Shown: positions 1 to 8,548, counted from the first letter of the stretch. The stretch: DNA of 45,078 bases from a bacterium (GCA_030648795.1 JAUSHC010000014.1:1-45078); one strand, 5' to 3'. Program-made: numbers and translations. The notes: generated by a model not told the origin, from the sequence alone.

Positions 1-1
1 T

Positions 2-2572
2 TCGATTGACCAGCGATCGAGCTCACAGAATCCGCGTTCGACCGTTGGTACCACTACGGAGATTTATGATTATTTACGTCTTCTTTTTGCGCGCGTTGGT
101 ATTCCCCATTGTCCAACGTGCGGGAGAGAGATTAAGAAGCAGACGGTTGATCAGATTGTTGACCGGATTACCGCAAAGGCGAAAGGACACGCCGCAACAC
201 TTATCGCTCCACTCGTGCGTGATCAGAAGGGAGAACATAAGCATCTTCTTGATGAAATACGACGCGCAGGATATTCCCGTGTCCGTTTTGATGGCATTGT
301 ATACGATGTTGATGAAATGGAGCGTTTGACGATTGACAAACAAAAAAAACATGCCGTAGAAGTGGTGATTGATACGATAACAGTTACCGCAGATAAAGAT
401 GATCGGACGCGTTTAACCGAAGCGGTTGAGGCGGCATTGAAACTCGGACGCGGACTGGTGATGGCAGAGATAGCATCAGGGAACTCCTCGACCACCGCCA
501 TGGCGGGGCAGGCAAGCTCGGAGCAGATGTTATTTTCTCAGCATTTTTCCTGCCCCACGTGCGGCGTCGATCTTCCGGAGATTGAACCCCGAACGTTTTC
601 GTTTAACAGTCCGCATGGCGCATGTAAAGAGTGTTCCGGTTTAGGGACGAAACTTGAAGTGGACCCGGAACTTGTCGTTTTGAATCCGCGCTTGACGATC
701 GCGCAAGGAGCAATTCGTCCATGGGCAAGACTCACGGGACAACATTGGTTGTTTGAAGAACTCGTTGCATGCGCACAAAAGAACGGATTTTCCGTACATG
801 TTCCATTTGCAACATTGACGAAAGAACAGCAGAAGATCGTGCTTTCCGGTTCGCGCGCGGACGGTTATGAGGGAGTGATTCCCAATCTTGAACGGCGCTA
901 CAAAGAAACAGATTCAGACTACATGCGCGGCGAAATCGAACGCTATATGCGCGTGTATGCATGCCCTTTATGCAAAGGAAAACGTTTGCGTCCGGAAGCA
1001 CTTGCCGTGACGGTGGGCAATACATCTATCGCGGCGATTGTAACAATGACGATTACGGATGCGGCAAAATTTTTTGCTGCGCTGAAACTTTCTGTGCGAG
1101 AGACGACGATTGGAAAACAGATTTTGAAAGAGATCAACGCGCGTTTGCATTTTTTACAGAATGTCGGTTTGAATTATTTGACGCTTGATCGTACCACGGC
1201 GTCACTTTCGGGTGGTGAGGCGCAGCGTATTCGGCTCGCTACACAAATTGGATCGGCGCTTGTTGGCGTGACGTATATTTTAGACGAACCGTCCATTGGC
1301 TTACATCAACGCGATAATGATCGGTTGATTGCCACGCTCAAATCGTTGCGTGATCTTGGTAATTCGGTGATTGTCGTCGAGCATGATGAGGCAACAATCG
1401 AAGCGGCGGATCACGTGGTGGATATTGGACCCGGCGCGGGTGAGCATGGTGGGCATATCATTGCGGAAGGGACACCGGATGCAATCAAAAAAAACAATGC
1501 ATCAATTACCGGCAAATATCTTGCGGGCAAGCTGTCGATTGACGAGCCGAAACATTACCGTAAAGGAAATGGTAAGAAACTCGTCATCAAAGGTGCGCGC
1601 GAGTTCAATTTGAAAAATATTGACGTGGAGATTCCGCTTGGCAAGTTCGTGTGTATCACGGGTGTGTCCGGATCCGGCAAGTCAACGCTTATGACGGACA
1701 TTTTGGCGCGAGCGCTCGCAAGTCATTTTTATCGCGCAAAGGACTTGCCGGGCGACCACGATAAAATAGTTGGTATTGAAAATATTGATAAGGTCATCAC
1801 GATTGATCAGTCGCCAATTGGGCGCACACCGCGTTCGAACCCCGCAACGTACACGGGCGCGTTCACGCCGATTCGTGATCTCTACACGATGTTGCCCGAA
1901 GCACGCATTCGTGGATATAAAGCGGGACGGTTCAGTTTTAATGTGGTGGGTGGGCGGTGCGAAGCGTGTCAGGGTGAAGGCATGGTGCAGATTGCGATGC
2001 AATTTTTGCCGGACGTGTATGTCGAATGTGAGGAGTGCCATGGCAAGCGGTACAACCGCGAGGCGCTCGAAATTTTTTACAACGGGAAAACTATTGCCGA
2101 CGTGCTTGACATGACGGTGGAAAAGGCGAGCACATTTTTTACGAACATCCCCGCGATTCATTCGAAATTGACGACGTTGGAAGAAGTGGGTTTGGGCTAT
2201 ATGAAATTGGGACAGCCGGCGACAACGCTTTCCGGCGGTGAAGCGCAACGCATTAAGCTCGCGACGGAATTATCTCGCCGTGCGACGGGGAAAACGCTCT
2301 ATATTTTGGACGAACCAACAACGGGTTTGCATTTCGATGATGTGAAGCGGTTGTTGCACGTGTTGCAGAAACTGGTCGAAAAGGGAAATACGATTTTGAT
2401 TATTGAACACAATTTGGATGTGATAAAATCGGTGGATTGGATTATTGATTTGGGGCCAGATGGGGGAGCAAAGGGCGGGCAACTCGTTGCCGCCGGCACT
2501 CCGCGCGATGTGGCGAAAGTGAAAGAAAGTTACACAGGACAATTTTTGAAGAAGGTATTGAAGGCGAAGTAG
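2..2572 (+). CDS. uvrA: Excinuclease ABC subunit A (UvrA), 5'-truncated by the window edge
   Basis: Frame 2 is open from nt 2 (SIDQRSSSQNPRSTVGTTTEIYDYLRLLFARVGIPHCPTCG...), so the GTG at 215 in the ORF track is internal. It has zinc-finger Cys pairs (CPTCG, CKECSG, CPLCKG, CEACQGEG), Walker A GVSGSGKST and two LSGGEAQR signatures. The stop is at 2570-2572. Confidence 0.95.
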   Translation, partial: SIDQRSSSQNPRSTVGTTTEIYDYLRLLFARVGIPHCPTCGREIKKQTVDQIVDRITAKAKGHAATLIAPLVRDQKGEHKHLLDEIRRAGYSRVRFDGIVYDVDEMERLTIDKQKKHAVEVVIDTITVTADKDDRTRLTEAVEAALKLGRGLVMAEIASGNSSTTAMAGQASSEQMLFSQHFSCPTCGVDLPEIEPRTFSFNSPHGACKECSGLGTKLEVDPELVVLNPRLTIAQGAIRPWARLTGQHWLFEELVACAQKNGFSVHVPFATLTKEQQKIVLSGSRADGYEGVIPNLERRYKETDSDYMRGEIERYMRVYACPLCKGKRLRPEALAVTVGNTSIAAIVTMTITDAAKFFAALKLSVRETTIGKQILKEINARLHFLQNVGLNYLTLDRTTASLSGGEAQRIRLATQIGSALVGVTYILDEPSIGLHQRDNDRLIATLKSLRDLGNSVIVVEHDEATIEAADHVVDIGPGAGEHGGHIIAEGTPDAIKKNNASITGKYLAGKLSIDEPKHYRKGNGKKLVIKGAREFNLKNIDVEIPLGKFVCITGVSGSGKSTLMTDILARALASHFYRAKDLPGDHDKIVGIENIDKVITIDQSPIGRTPRSNPATYTGAFTPIRDLYTMLPEARIRGYKAGRFSFNVVGGRCEACQGEGMVQIAMQFLPDVYVECEECHGKRYNREALEIFYNGKTIADVLDMTVEKASTFFTNIPAIHSKLTTLEEVGLGYMKLGQPATTLSGGEAQRIKLATELSRRATGKTLYILDEPTTGLHFDDVKRLLHVLQKLVEKGNTILIIEHNLDVIKSVDWIIDLGPDGGAKGGQLVAAGTPRDVAKVKESYTGQFLKKVLKAK

Positions 2573-2582
2573 CTTGCGATTC

Positions 2583-2658
2583 CCCCTCTTAAACATAAGA
2601 GGGGTTAGGGGAGTTATGCGATAGTGCACTCCGCCGCATCCCCACCCGCGGTTTTTTT
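2583..2658 (+). terminator. Hairpin plus T-run downstream of uvrA (candidate terminator)
   Basis: A perfect 9-bp stem CCCCTCTTA/TAAGAGGGG (2583-2591/2596-2604, loop AACA) lies 11 nt after the stop. It is followed by a weak CCGC..GCGG stem and a T7 run at 2652-2658. Confidence 0.45.
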
Positions 2659-2659
2659 A

Positions 2660-2688
2660 TTGACATTCTTTATAGTATTATATACAGT
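2660..2688 (+). promoter_or_regulatory. Sigma70-like promoter for the CYTH gene
   Basis: TTGACA (2660-2665), 17 nt, TACAGT (2683-2688). An AAGGAGG Shine-Dalgarno at 2711-2717 precedes ATG 2725. Confidence 0.5.
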
Positions 2689-2724
2689 CATTGCGCGGGC
2701 ATCTTTTGCGAAGGAGGATTTTGT

Positions 2725-3213
2725 ATGGCTGATGAAGACGAAATCGAACGGCGGTGGTTGTTGTTACAGCCACCTCAAAACATGTTCGATGACATGCCAA
2801 GCACGTTGATCGAACAGGGCTACGTGCCAGTGCGCGGTGCGAAAATTCGCTTACGAAGTGCGAGCGAAGCAACGATCACGTATTTCATCACCATGAAGAA
2901 AGGGAAAGGGGTCTCACGCAGGCAGTGGGAGGAGGAAATTCCTGCATGGGTGTTTCTCGAACTTTGGCCGGCATCCGAGGGGCAGCGTTTGAAGAAGGTG
3001 CGCGTGCACATTCCTCACGGAGATCACATTGTCGAGTTTGACGTTTTCCAAGACGCGCTTACCGGACTTTTTCTCCTTGAGTGCGAGTTTCATTTCAAGG
3101 ATGAAGCAGCTGCATTCACGCTTCCCGAGTGGGCGAATGGTGCGATTGAAGTGACCGATGACCCTCGGTACACCAATGCGTGGATTGCATTGCATGGTAT
3201 ACCGACACGATAG
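2725..3213 (+). CDS. CYTH-domain protein (CyaB/thiamine-triphosphatase-like triphosphate tunnel enzyme)
   Basis: N-terminal EIERRWLL matches the CYTH ExExK-type signature (EIERKFL). The size is about 160 aa with acidic/basic beta-strand motifs throughout. A strong SD lies upstream. Confidence 0.7.
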   Translation: MADEDEIERRWLLLQPPQNMFDDMPSTLIEQGYVPVRGAKIRLRSASEATITYFITMKKGKGVSRRQWEEEIPAWVFLELWPASEGQRLKKVRVHIPHGDHIVEFDVFQDALTGLFLLECEFHFKDEAAAFTLPEWANGAIEVTDDPRYTNAWIALHGIPTR

Positions 3214-3237
3214 TCGTCGCAAACAACGTTTCGCATA

Positions 3238-3260
3238 GCCGCCCACCCGCGGCTTTTTTT
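3238..3260 (+). terminator. Rho-independent terminator after the CYTH gene
   Basis: GCCGC/GCGGC 5-bp GC stem (3238-3242/3249-3253, loop CCACCC), followed by a T7 run at 3254-3260. Confidence 0.65.
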
Positions 3261-3299
3261 ATAACTCGCCCTCCGACCGCGGTCGGAGCTGGGAGTTAT
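3261..3299. repeat. Palindromic element, family C (CCGACC-NN-GGTCGG core), intergenic copy
   Basis: CTCCGACCGCGGTCGGAG is a perfect 18-nt palindrome (3271-3288), extended by outer arms ATAACTC/GAGTTAT (3261-3267/3293-3299). Related copies are at 5451-5487, 38297-38340 and 44192-44211. Confidence 0.8.
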
Positions 3300-3300
3300 A

Positions 3301-3414
3301 ACCCCGTACCAAGCCTTTTGATTGCACCTCATTTTTATACTACTACAGCCGTAGGCGTTTCCGTGTGACGATCGTGGCATTATTCTAAACCTTGTCGGGC
3401 TTTGGTACTGGGGT
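3301..3414. other. About 114-nt segment bounded by imperfect inverted repeats (possible small structured RNA or MITE-like relic)
   Basis: ACCCCGTACCAAGCC (3301-3315) is complementary to GGGCTTTGGTACTGGGGT (3397-3414) apart from two 1-nt bulges. The pair encloses 81 nt inside an unusually long (about 290 nt) intergenic spacer. Confidence 0.3.
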
Positions 3415-3500
3415 CTCTTATATATTTTTTCAAATTGTTGTATTATAGTGACCGGGAGGAACCGCCATCGTCTCTAGATCAAACGGGAAAGGGGGCAATC

Positions 3501-4034
3501 ATGAAACGACTGCACAGCTTGAAGCCCCATCCGCAATCAAAGGGAGAGTGGTGCGGTCCGGCTTCTTTGAAGACAATCCTCGATCATCTGGGAAGGAGTC
3601 GGGAGGAACAAGAACTTGTACGGTTGTGCGGTACAAGTGATCATGGCACGGAGCACGCGGGACTCATCGTTACCGCGCAGACACTTGGCGCTCATATTTT
3701 TGAAAAGACGGACGGAGCGCTGGAAGAGATAGCATGGTTTCTTGTCACCCCGAAACTTCCCGTGCTTGTAGCATGGTGGTCGGATTATCATCCGCCGGCG
3801 GGACCACACTATTCCGTCATCTGTCGCATGAGTCGAAATTACGTTTTCCTCGCCGACCCGGAGGAGAAAAGGGTGCGGCGAATGCGACATCATTCATTCC
3901 TTACGCGGTGGCACGACTGCGATACGTCAATCGCTCGTACGTATGAGCGTTGGTACATGGTCATCGCGTTTCGCGGGAAGATTAAGTCTCCTTTCGTGGG
4001 GACGCACCATCTTCCGCTGCAGACTTCTGTCTAG
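3501..4034 (+). CDS. Stand-alone papain-like cysteine peptidase, C39-like domain
   Basis: Cys (GEWCGPASLKTIL), His (GPHYSVIC) and Asp (FLADPE) occur in the order and spacing of C39 bacteriocin-processing peptidase domains. ATG 3501 follows a purine-rich GGGAAAGGGGG. The TTG at 3402 in the ORF track would add a non-conserved extension. Confidence 0.6.
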   Translation: MKRLHSLKPHPQSKGEWCGPASLKTILDHLGRSREEQELVRLCGTSDHGTEHAGLIVTAQTLGAHIFEKTDGALEEIAWFLVTPKLPVLVAWWSDYHPPAGPHYSVICRMSRNYVFLADPEEKRVRRMRHHSFLTRWHDCDTSIARTYERWYMVIAFRGKIKSPFVGTHHLPLQTSV

Positions 4035-4044
4035 AGAGTCATAT

Positions 4045-4074
4045 GCCCTTGGGTTTTTATCCTAGGGCTTTTTT
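4045..4074 (+). terminator. Rho-independent terminator after the C39-like gene
   Basis: GCCCTTGGGT/ATCCTAGGGC stem (one mismatch, one G:U, loop TTTT), followed by T6 at 4069-4074. Confidence 0.65.
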
Positions 4075-4109
4075 ATAGTTGGCTTGAAAATTTATGTTAT
4101 ACTGAACTT

Positions 4110-5078
4110 ATGAACGCATTACATCAATCTATCCTCGCCGCTATTACGTATTTTGATCTTTTCGATTATCCGTTAACCTCGACGGAGGTGTGGAAGTATT
4201 TGTGGCTCGATCGGTCAACACCGAGTGTTGATCAAAAAAAACACTCGGTGTTGAAAACGCCGTCACTATTTGCAGTGATCGAGGAGTTGGAAAAATTAGA
4301 GAAAGATGGTCGAGTGGTGAGTGGCAATGGATTTTACTTCTTACCCGGACGCGAGACGCTGATTAAGACGAGAAATTTTCGGCATGTTATTGCGTATCGT
4401 AAATGGCATAGAGCATTACGCGTCGTGCGGGTGTTGCGATGGTTCCCATTTATCCGCATGATCGGCGTTGCGAACACGCTCGCCTACGATAATGCGGATG
4501 AGGGGAGCGATATTGATTTATTTATTGTGACTGCGAAAGGACGCGTGTGGACTGCACGTTTTTTTATTGTGCTCTTTTTGCAATTATTTGGCTTGCGTCC
4601 GAACGTGAAGACTCGTCGTGACAAAATCTGTGCATGTTTTTTTGTAGACGAAGATCATCTTGATATTTCTAATCTCGCGCTACCCGGCGAACCGGATGTT
4701 TACTTGCATTACTGGATCGCAACCTTGTGGCCATTGTATAACCTAGATGGTGTGTACGAAAAATTTTTTGAAGCAAATGCGTGGGTTCAAAAGAATGTCC
4801 CGAACATTCACGCGATCGTTCCAAACATGTTTCGCCGTATTAGCCTAACAAGGGGCACCCTTGTATGCAACAAGGGTGCCCCTTGTAGTGTCTTTCCCGA
4901 ATCATTTTATCGCCGCCTGCAAGAACGCCGTTTTCCCGATGCGATCCGTACGCGACTTAGCAAAGACACCACGGTCGTCGCCAATGATCATGTCCTAAAA
5001 TTCCATGTCCATGACCGTCGTGAGGAGTATCGAAAAAAGTTTATTGAAAAAATGAGCATGTATGATGCGATGGATTGA
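4110..5078 (+). CDS. Hypothetical protein with Pol-beta-type nucleotidyltransferase-like motif and an N-terminal winged-helix-like region
   Basis: 322-aa ORF. The motif GVANTLAYDNADEGSDIDLFIV resembles the hG[GS]..x..D-h-D-h nucleotidyltransferase signature. It overlaps the downstream Wzy-like gene by 17 nt (operon). It contains two in-frame palindromic elements at 4215-4254 and 4848-4886. Confidence 0.5.
   Translation: MNALHQSILAAITYFDLFDYPLTSTEVWKYLWLDRSTPSVDQKKHSVLKTPSLFAVIEELEKLEKDGRVVSGNGFYFLPGRETLIKTRNFRHVIAYRKWHRALRVVRVLRWFPFIRMIGVANTLAYDNADEGSDIDLFIVTAKGRVWTARFFIVLFLQLFGLRPNVKTRRDKICACFFVDEDHLDISNLALPGEPDVYLHYWIATLWPLYNLDGVYEKFFEANAWVQKNVPNIHAIVPNMFRRISLTRGTLVCNKGAPCSVFPESFYRRLQERRFPDAIRTRLSKDTTVVANDHVLKFHVHDRREEYRKKFIEKMSMYDAMD
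4215..4254. repeat. Palindromic element, family A (AACACCGAGTGTT / AACACTCGGTGTT), inside a CDS
   Basis: Perfect 15-bp arms TCAACACCGAGTGTT (4215-4229) and AACACTCGGTGTTGA (4240-4254), with loop GATCAAAAAA. It is translated as STPSVDQKKHSVLK. The same 13-nt arms recur at 41445-41476. Confidence 0.85.
4848..4886. repeat. Palindromic element, family B (ACAAGGGGCACCCTTGT), inside a CDS
   Basis: Perfect 17-bp arms at 4848-4864 and 4870-4886, with loop ATGCA. The element is exactly 39 nt, or 13 codons (TRGTLVCNKGAPC). A second copy is at 33327-33365. Confidence 0.9.
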
Positions 5079-6360
5079 AAGATTATTAATACTTTTTATA
5101 TTCCTTATTCCATGGCAAGCAAGATTCATTTTGCGGGCTGGGGAGTTGGGTGATAGTTTTTGGGAATATGGAACGGTGGCACTGTATGCGACGGATGTTT
5201 TGTTTGTTGTGATTTTATTGTTGAGTGGAATATGGTGGATAAAAAATCAAAAATCAAAAATCAAAAATCAAAATGACAATGCAGAATTAAAAAATAACTT
5301 ACAACTTACTACTTACAACTTACTACTAATTACCGGTTACATAGCCTTTTCCATCTTCTGGTCTTTTGATAAAACGGTTTCTTTTTACGCGGCGTTGAAG
5401 TTTCTTGAAGGCGTTGCGTTATTTTTTATTGTACGAACGGTTCAATCTTACGAGGTCGGACCTCATAAGATGGGAGGTCCGACCTCGAGGATATTGTGGG
5501 CGTTTGTGGCGAGTGCGGTGGCGCAGAGCGTTCTTGCGATCGCACAGTTTTTCACGCAGTCCGTTTTCGCATGGCCGTTTTCCGGCATTGCTCCGCAGGA
5601 TCCGTCGGATCTTGGCGTGTCAGTCGTACAATTTGCCGATGAACGCTGGCTTCGCGCATACGGATCGTTTCCGCATCCCAACTTACTCGGTGCATTCATA
5701 GCGATAGCGGCGATCATTTTATTTACACAGTTATTTCGAAGTCGAGACGAAGAATCAGGAATTAAGAATCATGAATTAGGGACGTTAAAATTCATACTTC
5801 ATAATTCATACTTCATAATTCTTATTACCGGCTTATTCTTCACCTTCTCCCGTACCGCATGGATCGCATTTTTTGTTGGACTTGTTATCTACGCCATTCA
5901 GACAAAAGCATGGCGAGAAAAAATATTTTTACAACTCACTTTATTGCTCGTCGTTACGGGAACCATTCTCACCGTTTTATTTTTCCCACTTGTCCGTACG
6001 CGTGTTGGTGGGGGATCGCGCCTTGAGATACAATCGAATCAAGAACGCACCACCGGATATCGCGAAGCGATGCAACTCATTAAAAAACATCCATTCGTTG
6101 GCGTTGGCATCGGCAACTATACCGTCGCCGTCGCCCGCGAACTTCGCCTCCATGATCCTGTATGGTCGTATCAACCCGCACACAATGTTTTTCTTCTCAT
6201 CCTCTCCGAATTGGGTATTTTTGGATTAGCTTTATTTCTAATATTTTTTTGGCGATTAAAAAACTTACAACTTACTACTTACTACTACCACTTATCATCC
6301 TCTCCCTCTTCGATCACTCTCTTTGGGTGCTTCATTCGGGTATACTTCTTCTATGGTTGA
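5062..6360 (+). CDS. O-antigen ligase / Wzy_C-family polytopic membrane protein, apparently frameshifted near the 3' end
   Basis: It has about 10 hydrophobic segments and a FSRTAWIAFFVGLVIYA motif typical of the Wzy_C loop region. The frame-1 tail after 6263 (LQLTTYYYHLSSSPSSITLFGCFIRVYFFYG) is not membrane-like, whereas frame 3 continues with a hydrophobic ...LPLIILSLFDHSLWVLHSGILLLWLSMAL ending at 6395. Confidence 0.75.
   Translation: MMRWIERLLILFIFLIPWQARFILRAGELGDSFWEYGTVALYATDVLFVVILLLSGIWWIKNQKSKIKNQNDNAELKNNLQLTTYNLLLITGYIAFSIFWSFDKTVSFYAALKFLEGVALFFIVRTVQSYEVGPHKMGGPTSRILWAFVASAVAQSVLAIAQFFTQSVFAWPFSGIAPQDPSDLGVSVVQFADERWLRAYGSFPHPNLLGAFIAIAAIILFTQLFRSRDEESGIKNHELGTLKFILHNSYFIILITGLFFTFSRTAWIAFFVGLVIYAIQTKAWREKIFLQLTLLLVVTGTILTVLFFPLVRTRVGGGSRLEIQSNQERTTGYREAMQLIKKHPFVGVGIGNYTVAVARELRLHDPVWSYQPAHNVFLLILSELGIFGLALFLIFFWRLKNLQLTTYYYHLSSSPSSITLFGCFIRVYFFYG
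5242..5331 (+). repeat. Heptanucleotide tandem repeats inside the Wzy-like CDS
   Basis: (AAAAATC)x4 at 5242-5269. (ACTTACA ACTTACT)x2 at 5297-5324, followed by a degenerate ACTAATT. Translated as KNQKSKIKNQ...LQLTTYNLLLI. Confidence 0.9.
5451..5487. repeat. Palindromic element, family C, inside the Wzy-like CDS
   Basis: Perfect 14-bp arms CGAGGTCGGACCTC (5451-5464) and GAGGTCCGACCTCG (5474-5487), with loop ATAAGATGG. Translated as YEVGPHKMGGPTSR. Confidence 0.9.
5789..5820 (+). repeat. 14-nt tandem repeat (two heptamers) inside the Wzy-like CDS
   Basis: AATTCATACTTCAT occurs twice (5789-5802, 5803-5816), followed by a partial AATT. An imperfect complement GAATTAAGAATCATGAATT lies upstream at 5759-5777. 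Confidence 0.85.
6263..6290 (+). repeat. Heptanucleotide tract coinciding with the Wzy-like frameshift
   Basis: ACTTACA ACTTACT ACTTACT (6263-6283), then a degenerate ACTACCA. That is three full units, against four in the paralogous tract at 5297-5324. Confidence 0.9.
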
Positions 6361-6395
6361 GTATGGCTCTCGCCATGAAAGAAGACAGGGCTTGA
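6291..6395 (+). other. Out-of-frame continuation (frame 3) encoding the likely genuine C-terminal helix of the Wzy-like protein
   Basis: Frame 3 reads LPLIILSLFDHSLWVLHSGILLLWLSMALAMKEDRA, with stop TGA at 6393-6395. This is hydrophobic, unlike the frame-1 tail. Confidence 0.6.
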
Positions 6396-6419
6396 CACTA
6401 AATTCCATTGGTATATTAT
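6392..6419 (+). promoter_or_regulatory. Sigma70-like promoter of groES-groEL
   Basis: TTGACA (6392-6397), 16 nt, TATTAT (6414-6419), immediately upstream of the CIRCE operator. Confidence 0.65.
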
Positions 6420-6432
6420 AGGGATAGCGAGA

Positions 6433-6459
6433 TTAGCACTCTCATCATAAGACTGCTAA
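6433..6459. promoter_or_regulatory. CIRCE operator (HrcA binding site)
   Basis: TTAGCACTC-N9-GACTGCTAA against the consensus TTAGCACTC-N9-GAGTGCTAA (one mismatch). It lies 37 nt upstream of the groES ATG. Confidence 0.9.
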
Positions 6460-6495
6460 TCTCTTTAATTCTAAATAATTAATAATACACTCACT

Positions 6496-8452
<1,957 letters not shown>

Positions 8453-8470
8453 AAGTATCCTCCTAAAAAC

Positions 8471-8508
8471 AAAAATCCCTTCGACTATCGTCGGAGGGAT
8501 TTTTGTTG
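8471..8508 (+). terminator. Rho-independent terminator after groEL
   Basis: 15-bp stem AAAAATCCCTTCGAC/GTCGGAGGGATTTTT (one G:U, loop TATC) running into a T-rich tail. Confidence 0.8.
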
Positions 8509-8519
8509 TGTAATTTTAT

Positions 8520-8548
8520 TTGACAAAATGCAAAAAGTGTGCTATTAT
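8520..8548 (+). promoter_or_regulatory. Sigma70-like promoter of the giant-ORF operon
   Basis: TTGACA (8520-8525), 17 nt, TATTAT (8543-8548), with TGC immediately upstream (extended -10-like). An AGGAG SD at 8595-8599 lies 7 nt before GTG 8607. Confidence 0.65.

Noticed and set aside
215-2572. ORF-track start of uvrA at GTG 215. The 6-329 ORF lies in another frame.
   Set aside because: The uvrA frame is open back to nt 2 and encodes conserved UvrA N-terminal sequence. The gene is therefore truncated by the window edge rather than starting at 215.
3402-3500. TTG-initiated N-terminal extension of the C39-like ORF
   Set aside because: The extension overlaps the inverted-repeat element and has no SD. 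ATG 3501 follows a purine-rich stretch and gives a domain-sized protein. The start is still uncertain.
5242-5331. Possibility that the short tandem repeats are a CRISPR array
   Set aside because: The units are 7 nt, directly abutting with no spacers, and lie inside a CDS. There are no cas genes in the window.
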